Virus record (IMG/VR): IMGVR_UViG_3300025700_000002
Coordinates: 1-42,246 of that record
Direction: 5' to 3' (one strand)
Length of the DNA: 42,246 nucleotides
From: a virus
Taxonomy: Duplodnaviria; Caudoviricetes
The notes below the pieces were generated by a model. It saw only the letters and a program-made list of their open reading frames with translations, was not told the origin of the DNA and ran no database searches. A program made the position numbers and the translations under genes. Position 1 is the first letter of the stretch; every line of letters begins with the position of its first letter. Below, piece by piece: positions 7,149 through 15,584 of the stretch.

Positions 7149-9863
7149 ATGGCCGTCACTAGGCTGCAAGCGATTCGCAACTTCCTGACCACACAGGACT
7201 GTAAAAATCCTCTGTGGAGCGAAGAGCTAGAAACTCAGGTTAATGTAGGAGAACATGAAGGGGAGCTTGTCCGTGAGGGCAAGCGCCGAACTGTGATTTA
7301 CGAGGGGGAGAATGGGCAGAAGTGGTATCACTTTCGTATCCCTTTTAATGCCAAGTCAGATGATCACAGTTATAAAGATCCTGTGATGAGTTATGATCTA
7401 GCTGCGTATGCAGATCGTATTGGATCTACAGGTTGGAATTGGAAGAAGAACACTTCTGAATGGCTGGCTTATGACTTTGACTCTATTGCTAACCATACTA
7501 AGGGGCTCTCTGCTGATGACCTCAAGGAAACACTTCGTAAACTAAAGGAAATTCCTTGGGTAGAGATTAGAAAGTCAAAGTCTGGGAATGGCTTTCACGT
7601 CTTTGTAGTTATCCATCCTGACATCCGACCGGTAGTTAATAATCATAGTCAACACGCGGCTCTGGCTAAGGCTGTATTACATTCCATGTCTGGTCTAACT
7701 GGATTTAAGTTTGAAGATTCAGTTGACTGTGTGGGTTCGAATGTTTGGCTTTGGAGTCGGGATTCAAACATCTCAAACGGGGCCTTTGAGCTTGTTAAGA
7801 AAGGGGAGATGCTCACACAATTACCGGCTAATTGGGAGTTTCATCTAGAAACTGTCAAGAGTCGCACTAATAAACGTTCGGCTTTTGTAGAGATGTTTAA
7901 GGAAATTGACGGAGTTGCTGACTCTGATGTCCAGTCGTTCATTGATTTGAATGCAAAGACGCACTTTGTATCACTAGATGATCGACACAGGAAGTTAGTT
8001 AAATACGTCACAGAGAATAAGCTTGGATGGTGGGATCAGAATCATAACTGTCTAGTCACACATACAACGGTACTTTCGACTGCCCATGACGTGATGCAGC
8101 TTCGTGGTATGTTTCGTACCGCAGCAGCAGGTCGGATCGAAGGGGACCATAACTGCTTTTGTTTTCCAAACCGAGAGGGCTGGACCGTTCGACGATATAC
8201 TAAAAACGTTGATGAACACACTTACTGGACGACGGATAGCTCAGGTTGGAAGAAGTGTGTTTTCGACTCTGACCCAGACCTAGAAACAGTTATTAGAACT
8301 TATAATGGAGTCCTTGGATCTAAAGGTGACTACGAGTTTGAGTCCGGTGATGATCTTGCGAAGGCTCTTAAAACTCTAGGATTCAGTCTAACTGTTGATG
8401 TCGGTGTCGCTAGGAGATCAGCCTCCTTATTCGTTAAAAAAGATATGCTCATCGTTAAGATTGCTTATCAGACAACTGATCCGACATCCTCAGATGATAT
8501 GAAAGGCTGGAGGAAGGAGCCGAGTGCAAAGCCTAAGAACTGGGTACGTGTCTTTAAGTTCAGGGAAAAACAGAAGTATGAACAAGATAACTGTGACCAC
8601 ATAGTTCGAGGAGTGAAGAATGAGCACAACTTCGAGGGCTTCTTCCTTCGGACTGTTAATGGAGAATGGCTCTCTCAGCCTAAGTCTAATCTGGCAGATG
8701 GGATTCAGCATTATGGATATAATGTAACTGAATCTAAAGCAATGATAGGAGCAGCGACCGTAGACCCATGGCAAATCGTGTCAGAGCCCTTTCAGCCTGA
8801 ATATTTGGGAGATAGACAATGGAATCTTAAGGCCGCTCAACTCGCCTGTGAGCCGATAGAAGGTGAGCATCCTACGTGGGATAAGATTATGACCCACGCG
8901 GGAGAAGGTATGAATGACGCAGTTGAGGATAATGCTTGGTGCAAACAGAATGGAGTTAAGGATGGCGCAGATTATCTCCGTCTATGGCTGGCCTATATGT
9001 TCCAACGCCCGAAGATGAGTTTACCTTACCTATCCTTCTACTCTAAGTCAGAAAACACGGGTAAGTCCTCAATTCACGAGTCCCTGAGTACTTTATTCGT
9101 CATGGAACGAGGTTATCAGCGCTGCGAGACGTGTATAAAGTCAGATGGAATGTTTAACGGTGAGCTTCTCGGTACAGTTTTAGGTGTCATTGAAGAAATC
9201 GACTTAAATCAACGTAAGTATTCTGATAAAATAAAGGACTGGGTGACTTCCCGTTATCTAAGTATCCATCCTAAAGGTGGAACACCTTTCATGGTTGAGA
9301 ACACAACGCACTGGATGCAGTTCTCTAATAATCCTGACTATACACCTATGTTTGATGGTGATACTCGGATTGTTCTTATCGGTGTGTCAGAGTTCGGTGA
9401 CGGTGAAGAGATTGATCGTCATATACTTGACCAGCGTGTTCAGACTGAGAACCCCGCTTTTATATACACACTTCTGAACTATGCCTTGCCCGAACCGACT
9501 GGTAGACTACAAATTCCTGTAGTTATGACTAGTGATAAGATGTCAACGATGGAGTCTAAGATGACTGCGTTCGACACCTTCTTGAAAGATCGTGTACATC
9601 TGATTAATGGGCAGCTGTTGAATGTATCAGAGTTATATCTTGCGGCTCGGAACTGGATCACTAAGGAGTATGGCTCTCAGATTGCTGACGAATGGTCAGA
9701 TAGGAAGATGGCTATGTCTGTACCTAGGAGCTGGCCGAAGGGGATGTATGGTAAAGATAGGAAAACCTTTTTTGGAAACAGGACTCTAGATCCTGATGCT
9801 GAGACTGGATCTAAGTTTATTATGAAACCTGGTGGAAGAGAGCTTTACAGGCTCCAGATCTGA
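7149..9863 (+). CDS. Bifunctional primase-polymerase / helicase (NrS-1-like)
   Basis: N-terminal AEP motifs YDFD and KSKSGNGFHVF; C-terminal P-loop SENTGKSS, Walker B VIEE, FSNN and DTR; AGGAG RBS. Confidence 0.85.
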   Translation: MAVTRLQAIRNFLTTQDCKNPLWSEELETQVNVGEHEGELVREGKRRTVIYEGENGQKWYHFRIPFNAKSDDHSYKDPVMSYDLAAYADRIGSTGWNWKKNTSEWLAYDFDSIANHTKGLSADDLKETLRKLKEIPWVEIRKSKSGNGFHVFVVIHPDIRPVVNNHSQHAALAKAVLHSMSGLTGFKFEDSVDCVGSNVWLWSRDSNISNGAFELVKKGEMLTQLPANWEFHLETVKSRTNKRSAFVEMFKEIDGVADSDVQSFIDLNAKTHFVSLDDRHRKLVKYVTENKLGWWDQNHNCLVTHTTVLSTAHDVMQLRGMFRTAAAGRIEGDHNCFCFPNREGWTVRRYTKNVDEHTYWTTDSSGWKKCVFDSDPDLETVIRTYNGVLGSKGDYEFESGDDLAKALKTLGFSLTVDVGVARRSASLFVKKDMLIVKIAYQTTDPTSSDDMKGWRKEPSAKPKNWVRVFKFREKQKYEQDNCDHIVRGVKNEHNFEGFFLRTVNGEWLSQPKSNLADGIQHYGYNVTESKAMIGAATVDPWQIVSEPFQPEYLGDRQWNLKAAQLACEPIEGEHPTWDKIMTHAGEGMNDAVEDNAWCKQNGVKDGADYLRLWLAYMFQRPKMSLPYLSFYSKSENTGKSSIHESLSTLFVMERGYQRCETCIKSDGMFNGELLGTVLGVIEEIDLNQRKYSDKIKDWVTSRYLSIHPKGGTPFMVENTTHWMQFSNNPDYTPMFDGDTRIVLIGVSEFGDGEEIDRHILDQRVQTENPAFIYTLLNYALPEPTGRLQIPVVMTSDKMSTMESKMTAFDTFLKDRVHLINGQLLNVSELYLAARNWITKEYGSQIADEWSDRKMAMSVPRSWPKGMYGKDRKTFFGNRTLDPDAETGSKFIMKPGGRELYRLQI

Positions 9864-9873
9864 GGGAACTAAC

Positions 9874-10704
9874 ATGGAAATATTTGATGCATCAAGGTTT
9901 ACGAATAAATTTTCACTAGGACAAGCATTCGCTATGTGTCATGGCTCAGAGATTTCGTACAAAGATCCTGAACTCTATGTAAATCATGCTAAGGATCTTT
10001 GGGGATTCAAGAGTGTAGTCCCTTATGATACGGACGGGACGCAAGCTCTTCTATGTTCCAAGCAGGGGCTAAACTGTCTATTCTTTCGGGGTACAGACTT
10101 TCAAAGCTTGGATGATATTAAGACCGATATACAAGCTTATCAAGTGTCCCCTAAAGAAATGACTGGAGAAGTTCATGGTGGATTCTATAATGCGTTTCGT
10201 AAACTATGGTGGCGAATTCAAGGGGACTTGAAGTGCGCTAAGCAAAACTCTCCAGGTTCTCGACTATATATTGCGGGTCATTCTCTCGGTGGCGCTTTAG
10301 CAACTCTATGTGCAGCGATGCTCGCAAAAGAAGGTCAAAGGGTCGATGGCTTGTATACCTTCGGATGTCCACGGGTCGGAGACTCGGATTTCGTTCAGTG
10401 GCTTGGAGGGTTGCTTAAAGGTCGGCATTACCGTGTGGTGAACAACTGCGATATCGTGACAAGATGGCCTAAAAGAATGATGGGGTACTCGCATGGTGGT
10501 GAATTCCATTACCTCAGTGACTCCGGTCAACATTATATGGACCCCAGTAAGTGGTGGGTCTTTGCAGATCAGTCGGTTGCAAGATTTATGGATATAGGAA
10601 CCCTCGGCCTCGAAGATATTAAAGATCATAAACTCCGCGGCTCGGGTTCAGACCTAGGGTACTTGGACATACTGGAGAGATTAGAGTATAATGCTAAAAG
10701 ATGA
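9874..10704 (+). CDS. Class 3 lipase (alpha/beta hydrolase)
   Basis: FRGT, VHGGF, GHSLGGALA nucleophile elbow, YTFGCPRVGD, RVVNNCDIVT and a C-terminal DH; start refined to ATG 9874 (GAGG RBS). Confidence 0.92.
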   Translation: MEIFDASRFTNKFSLGQAFAMCHGSEISYKDPELYVNHAKDLWGFKSVVPYDTDGTQALLCSKQGLNCLFFRGTDFQSLDDIKTDIQAYQVSPKEMTGEVHGGFYNAFRKLWWRIQGDLKCAKQNSPGSRLYIAGHSLGGALATLCAAMLAKEGQRVDGLYTFGCPRVGDSDFVQWLGGLLKGRHYRVVNNCDIVTRWPKRMMGYSHGGEFHYLSDSGQHYMDPSKWWVFADQSVARFMDIGTLGLEDIKDHKLRGSGSDLGYLDILERLEYNAKR

Positions 10705-11242
10705 ACAGTGTATTTATGCGATCATGGACTTTGAGACAAATCGACTTCCCACAGTCGGGAAAGACTACAAGGATAGGGCGCTCCCTATTGAAGTCGGAGT
10801 TGTTCTAGTAAACTCTGATCTTGAAGTGCTAGGAGTGTATGAATCTTTGATAACACACTCGAATTTTTCGAGTCAGGAACAATGGCATGACAACGAGAAG
10901 TCGGCCTTTGATATACACAGGATTCCTCTAGAGTTAATCAAGAATCAAGGAGAGTTTCCAAATAAGGTGACAGATCATATAGACGATCTTGTCGCATATC
11001 ATATGAATAGTAATTCACTAGTTAATAAATGCGTCATGATTTCAGATAACGTCTTCTTCGACTTCTATATGATGCAGCTTCTATGGGGAGAGAGAAAGCA
11101 CCCGTTTCACTATGCCCCTATGTGTATGCGAATGGTTCGTCAGTTAACAGGTAGTCATCAGGACAAAGCACACCGGGCATTACCAGATGCTATGCGTATA
11201 TACAGGGAGCTATTAATTTCACTTGAGAGGTTATCATCATGA
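10691..11242 (+). CDS. DEDDh 3'-5' exonuclease (DnaQ-like)
   Basis: DFET (Exo I), SDNVFFD (Exo II), HRALPDA (Exo III). Confidence 0.88.
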   Translation: MLKDEQCIYAIMDFETNRLPTVGKDYKDRALPIEVGVVLVNSDLEVLGVYESLITHSNFSSQEQWHDNEKSAFDIHRIPLELIKNQGEFPNKVTDHIDDLVAYHMNSNSLVNKCVMISDNVFFDFYMMQLLWGERKHPFHYAPMCMRMVRQLTGSHQDKAHRALPDAMRIYRELLISLERLSS

Positions 11243-12966
11243 ACGAGAATAAGGGTATGTTTAAGGACCAAGTTGAAGTTAGTACACGCCGAGAAGGGGT
11301 CTATTGGACCCCTCTCGACTGGGTTGCTGAGATGCACAACTTCATGGATGGATTGTACGGAAGTGAGTGGGCTGATGAAACCTTAATTTGGGATCCTTGC
11401 TGTGGCGGTGGCAATCTCACACGCGGTCTAAATCCTGCTTATATGATTCAGACTACACTCGGGCAAAAGGATATTAATTCGTTAGGGGGAGAATTACAAG
11501 GAGAATTCAGAGTTAGACAAGAATATGACTTCTTAAATGACCTGATAATCCCTGCTCATATTGATAAGATGCTAAAGAGAGCTTCTGCTAATAAGATTCC
11601 GGTATTATTCTTAATGAACCCTCCATACGTGACGCCTGGAAAAACAGCTGTGCGACTAGATACTTCTAAGAAGGGGGCCACTGACACACTAGTTAAAGGA
11701 TTCATGGGAGGTATATATGGATGTGATCAAATGTTCTTACAGTTCTTATGGAGAGCTTTAATTATATGCCGTGAGTATAAGCTACAGTATCGCATCGGTT
11801 TATTCTCAGCCACTACTTACCTTCTTAGAAACTCGTTCGATGCTTTGAGAGATATTCTATTCACTAACGTAAAGTTCCGCGACGGGTTTGTTTTTCCATC
11901 TAATCATTTTGAGGCAATAACGACTAAGTGGATGGTCCTGTTTGCAGTTTATGAGAGAAACTCTAAAACCCCCTCACCTATTGAGTTCAACTGGCATGTT
12001 AAAGATAGAAATAGAGACGGTAAGATAGAGACGATTCAGAAACGTAAGTACTACCGCCTTGATAAGAATAAATCTATGATTAACTGGATTAAAGCTGTGA
12101 GTCGCGGTGCCTCGTCAGGGGATAATGTCCCTTGTATGACGACTGGAATAAGGACGAAGCCAAGGGTATCTAAACTTCCGAAAGACGCCTTCGGATTCTT
12201 TACCTTTAATAATATGTATTTGCAGGAACGGGATAACACCTACTTCACGTCAAGCGCCAGTGCCGCGAATCGTGGGGTGGCGATTCTCCCCAGTAATTTC
12301 TGGAGATTCATAGCTGGATTCTCTGTTATGAGACTTCTGAATAAGAATTGGGCAACTGAGAAGGATGAAATCCATATTCCTAATACTCATGATCGTATGT
12401 ATCGCGAATGGTGTTATAATGCCCTAGTTTATATGCTGTTTAATAAGCAAAATAATTCATCAGGTAATACTGTTGACTGGGAAGGTGAGATCTGGCGACT
12501 CCATAATCACATGTTCTGGATGGAGAAGTCTCATGTGAAATCCATGTGGCCTGACCTCGACTTCGATGAACCTAAGTATAATCACAAAGTTAATCGTCCT
12601 TATTATCAAGAAAACTCTGTGCCATGGACTGTATTAAAGCTCGCGGAAGCTTCGGAATCTAATATGCTATGGCCGGAATCAAAAGTTTTACTAAAAAACT
12701 TCTTAGGTCTTATGGATGGGATGTATAGAGTTCGTCTTTCTGACCATAAGATCGTACAGTGGCGACGATGGGACGCGGGTTATTTCCAGCTCAGAAGTAT
12801 GTTCTACTCTTGCCCTGGATGGGATAAGATACTCATACCTTCTCGACAATCTTTACAGGCTCGGCTGATCTCCTACATAGATCGCCTCGGCTTCTTTGGG
12901 GTCTATGGCCCAGGGGTACTGAAAATTGCATACGATAGACTTTCCGTTGAGCCAGTTGGGAGATGA
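11239..12966 (+). CDS. Amino (N6-adenine/N4-cytosine) DNA methyltransferase with C-terminal target-recognition region
   Basis: YWTP, WDPCCGGGNL (motif I), YDFL, MNPPY (motif IV); gamma-type motif order; no N-terminal nuclease domain. Confidence 0.85.
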   Translation: MNENKGMFKDQVEVSTRREGVYWTPLDWVAEMHNFMDGLYGSEWADETLIWDPCCGGGNLTRGLNPAYMIQTTLGQKDINSLGGELQGEFRVRQEYDFLNDLIIPAHIDKMLKRASANKIPVLFLMNPPYVTPGKTAVRLDTSKKGATDTLVKGFMGGIYGCDQMFLQFLWRALIICREYKLQYRIGLFSATTYLLRNSFDALRDILFTNVKFRDGFVFPSNHFEAITTKWMVLFAVYERNSKTPSPIEFNWHVKDRNRDGKIETIQKRKYYRLDKNKSMINWIKAVSRGASSGDNVPCMTTGIRTKPRVSKLPKDAFGFFTFNNMYLQERDNTYFTSSASAANRGVAILPSNFWRFIAGFSVMRLLNKNWATEKDEIHIPNTHDRMYREWCYNALVYMLFNKQNNSSGNTVDWEGEIWRLHNHMFWMEKSHVKSMWPDLDFDEPKYNHKVNRPYYQENSVPWTVLKLAEASESNMLWPESKVLLKNFLGLMDGMYRVRLSDHKIVQWRRWDAGYFQLRSMFYSCPGWDKILIPSRQSLQARLISYIDRLGFFGVYGPGVLKIAYDRLSVEPVGR

Positions 12967-13153
12967 AGGACTTCCGTTCTTCAATGCCATGCTCGACTAT
13001 ATGCGTGCGTGTAATATACATTTCTACGTCTTGATGAGTGAGAATCCAACTGTGGTATTCAAAACTGAGATAGACAAACTTATGGCGCAATATTTATTTG
13101 CCCAAATAACTAAGGAGAAAAAATGTTCTGGCAACTGTTCCTCGACAAATTAG
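12926..13153 (+). CDS. Hypothetical protein (75 aa)
   Basis: Fills the gap in the plus-strand operon; start uncertain. Confidence 0.5.
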   Translation: MHTIDFPLSQLGDEGLPFFNAMLDYMRACNIHFYVLMSENPTVVFKTEIDKLMAQYLFAQITKEKKCSGNCSSTN

Positions 13154-13572
13154 ATAAAGGGCCGGAGGAGAAACTGACGACCCTAGAACAGCAGTCCTCT
13201 TCCCAGGGACTCAGAAGGCTTATAGGATCCCTCAGCTCTTCACCAGAGCGAGGTATCGCATTCTTTCAGAATGAACTGAGAGAATCACATGGACGATTCA
13301 TGATGTGGAATGATCCAGTTAAAAGAATACATGCTCAGCAATCTCTTAATGCAGTATTCCGCGAGATTTTCAAGTCCTGGATCTCAGTTCTTGATGTCCA
13401 TGACCAGGAGTTGAAGCGAGAGATTGATTCTTTGTTGACCATCAAACAGCAGGATGCCCGAAAGATGGCACTTGAAGCTGAAGCAATGGATCATGTCAGA
13501 AATACACTCGAGGAAGAACAGGCTCATAGAGCCGCATTAGCTGAAGAGGCAAAGAAGTTCAATCATGGCTAG
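13123..13572 (+). CDS. Hypothetical coiled-coil protein (149 aa)
   Basis: TAAGGAG RBS; helical, E/K/A-rich C-terminus. Confidence 0.75.
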   Translation: MFWQLFLDKLDKGPEEKLTTLEQQSSSQGLRRLIGSLSSSPERGIAFFQNELRESHGRFMMWNDPVKRIHAQQSLNAVFREIFKSWISVLDVHDQELKREIDSLLTIKQQDARKMALEAEAMDHVRNTLEEEQAHRAALAEEAKKFNHG

Positions 13573-13840
13573 AAATTTGTTTCTTATTCTGATGCTTTCT
13601 ATGTCCGGCTGTTTTACATCTCTTGATAAAAAAGCTGAGAGAGCTACTTACGAAGCAGTATCTCCTCGATATGCTTGTTATATTGAGAATGATCGTGGTC
13701 TTATAGACTTAGAGAAACGTGTATATCTGAGAACCCTATACACATGGGGTCTTCGGCTCAAAGTCCCAGAACCTGAACTTACTTACCTTATTAAACTTAT
13801 CAAGAAGTATGAAGTAGGAGGACATAATGGTAGCGGGTAA
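13565..13840 (+). CDS. Putative lipoprotein
   Basis: MARNLFLILMLSMSG|C: basic N-terminus, hydrophobic core and a lipobox-like Cys. Confidence 0.7.
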   Translation: MARNLFLILMLSMSGCFTSLDKKAERATYEAVSPRYACYIENDRGLIDLEKRVYLRTLYTWGLRLKVPEPELTYLIKLIKKYEVGGHNGSG

Positions 13841-14141
13841 TATAAAACTAGATAAGACGTGGCTTGGTAAAGGTCTGCGTAAGGATCTCGAAGGTGTTTG
13901 GCATAAGTTCTCCGAGAATGATAAACAGACACTTTATTCCATTATTAAAGATCAGCAGGACATACTGCAAGTAGGATTGACCGAAGGACCGGACTGGACT
14001 ATGGAGATGAATCGAAACATTCAGGCTCAGTTCTCCAATATTTCGGCAGCAGTTCTAGAGGACGTCAAACTTGTATTCGTTAGGCGTCTTGGTGAATACA
14101 CTTCTTCATTTATGATAGGTCTTGCGAAAGGTATCTTCTAA
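13827..14141 (+). CDS. Hypothetical helical protein (104 aa)
   Basis: GGAGG RBS; amphipathic/hydrophobic C-terminus (FMIGLAKGIF). Confidence 0.75.
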   Translation: MVAGNIKLDKTWLGKGLRKDLEGVWHKFSENDKQTLYSIIKDQQDILQVGLTEGPDWTMEMNRNIQAQFSNISAAVLEDVKLVFVRRLGEYTSSFMIGLAKGIF

Positions 14142-14142
14142 C

Positions 14143-14523
14143 ATGACAACACCAGAAATCGGCTGCTGTGTGGCGAATTTCGTCCATAGTAGTCGGGACA
14201 TGGACTTCCATAAGTTCTTAAATGACAGTGGGAGTCTTGATGATAACGTACTCAAAGTGAATGAATCCTTGTCTATTACAGTTGATGATCGGGGGTTTGA
14301 TCCTCATAATTCAGAGGTCAAGATCTATAGTTTTTTAATAAACTCTACAGATCAAGACTTGTGGCGTGATATCTGTCAACAATTATGTCAGTGGTCACCT
14401 GTATACTGCCCTCGTTTTAACGACGCTGATGCTGCGACATTTGAAGCTAATAAAGCCGACTTCTTAGTTAAGAAGACGACTATACCAACTTGGATTCCTA
14501 ATCTTATTAATCCTGATCCTTAG
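14143..14523 (+). CDS. Hypothetical protein (126 aa)
   Basis: ATG 1 nt after the previous stop; converges with the virion operon with a 1-bp gap. Confidence 0.7.
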   Translation: MTTPEIGCCVANFVHSSRDMDFHKFLNDSGSLDDNVLKVNESLSITVDDRGFDPHNSEVKIYSFLINSTDQDLWRDICQQLCQWSPVYCPRFNDADAATFEANKADFLVKKTTIPTWIPNLINPDP

Positions 14524-14524
14524 A

Positions 14525-15280
14525 TCAAGGGCCTTTATAGTCAATCATTATCGAGTGTAGCAGGTTGTTGGTGGCATTCATCTGATTCCCTGAAGTATCA
14601 CGGACTCGGATTACGTCTCCCGCAACCAGCGCTACAGTTCTTATAAAGGATATAGGCGTATTGGTATTGGGAGAATTACTGAATCCCGCTACTAAGCTTG
14701 CCACAGCTGGTAGTATCCTCTCTAATGTTGGTGTAGCCCCTGCTGTGAATGCCTTCAACCCGTGGAATGCAACAGTGTACTTTCCCGAGTTGCTCACCGT
14801 TAACTCTGTGAAGTTGTTACCTAATGAGAAGCCAATATTATCAGTAACATTGTTCCATTCCATCATAGAAGTTAATCCCAAGACATTAGATCTATGCCCT
14901 CCAGCAGAGAACCTGAACCGACTCGGACTATTCAGGTCAAAGTAATTCCGAGTGACTAGATCTTGAGAAGCCGTGGGGTCAGCAGCATTTATACCCCTAA
15001 AGCCTCCATGGTCTAAGGTACCTAACATTGCACTAGGTCCACTGGTTGCGAGTAGCCCGAAGTGCGGGTCGTCGATCCGACCTATAGGAATCCATCCGAT
15101 GTTAGCTTCATTCCTCCTGTATATATTTCGTGTTACTGTATCAATCCAGATTTGAAATGGGGCTGGCGAAACCGGCGCTGTTCCCGAGAATTCTCCCGTC
15201 CTCAACGCATCATCTCTGGCTTTGATCTTCGAGAGGGAATCCGAGATCGAGTCGGCTGGTGTTATGTCTTCATAAGTCAT
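14525..15280 (-). CDS. Tail fibre / receptor-binding protein with C1q/TNF-like C-terminal domain
   Basis: FSGTAP...QIWIDT motif, ADPTASQDLVTRNY (YadA-stalk-like), LTVSNSGKYTV...LVAGDVIRV; last gene of the tail operon. Confidence 0.75.
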   Translation of the reverse strand: MTYEDITPADSISDSLSKIKARDDALRTGEFSGTAPVSPAPFQIWIDTVTRNIYRRNEANIGWIPIGRIDDPHFGLLATSGPSAMLGTLDHGGFRGINAADPTASQDLVTRNYFDLNSPSRFRFSAGGHRSNVLGLTSMMEWNNVTDNIGFSLGNNFTELTVSNSGKYTVAFHGLKAFTAGATPTLERILPAVASLVAGFSNSPNTNTPISFIRTVALVAGDVIRVRDTSGNQMNATNNLLHSIMIDYKGP

Positions 15281-15303
15281 GGGCTGCTCCTTCTAAATCT
15301 GCA

Positions 15304-15570
15304 TCAGACATGGTACTTATGACCACGCATAAAGGTATAGTAGCTGACTAACCTGCATCTACCTAGGTGTAGAGGGTCAATCTCCTTACTCTCTATATGT
15401 AGTAGCTCTTTGGCGAATAACCATCGACCGTACCACATCTCTAAGTCAAAACTAAGTCTAGAGTCGTCCATAAACGACCTGAATGCCTTGACTTGCCCTA
15501 GTAGTATATGGTTCGTTAGCTTGACTGCCAACCCATTAACCATTTTCGCTCTTATGACTCTCTTCGGCAA
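15304..15570 (-). CDS. Hypothetical protein (88 aa)
   Basis: Between the J-like and fibre genes; GAGG RBS, TTG start. Confidence 0.55.
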   Translation of the reverse strand: MPKRVIRAKMVNGLAVKLTNHILLGQVKAFRSFMDDSRLSFDLEMWYGRWLFAKELLHIESKEIDPLHLGRCRLVSYYTFMRGHKYHV

Positions 15571-15584
15571 CCTTAACCTCTAAT

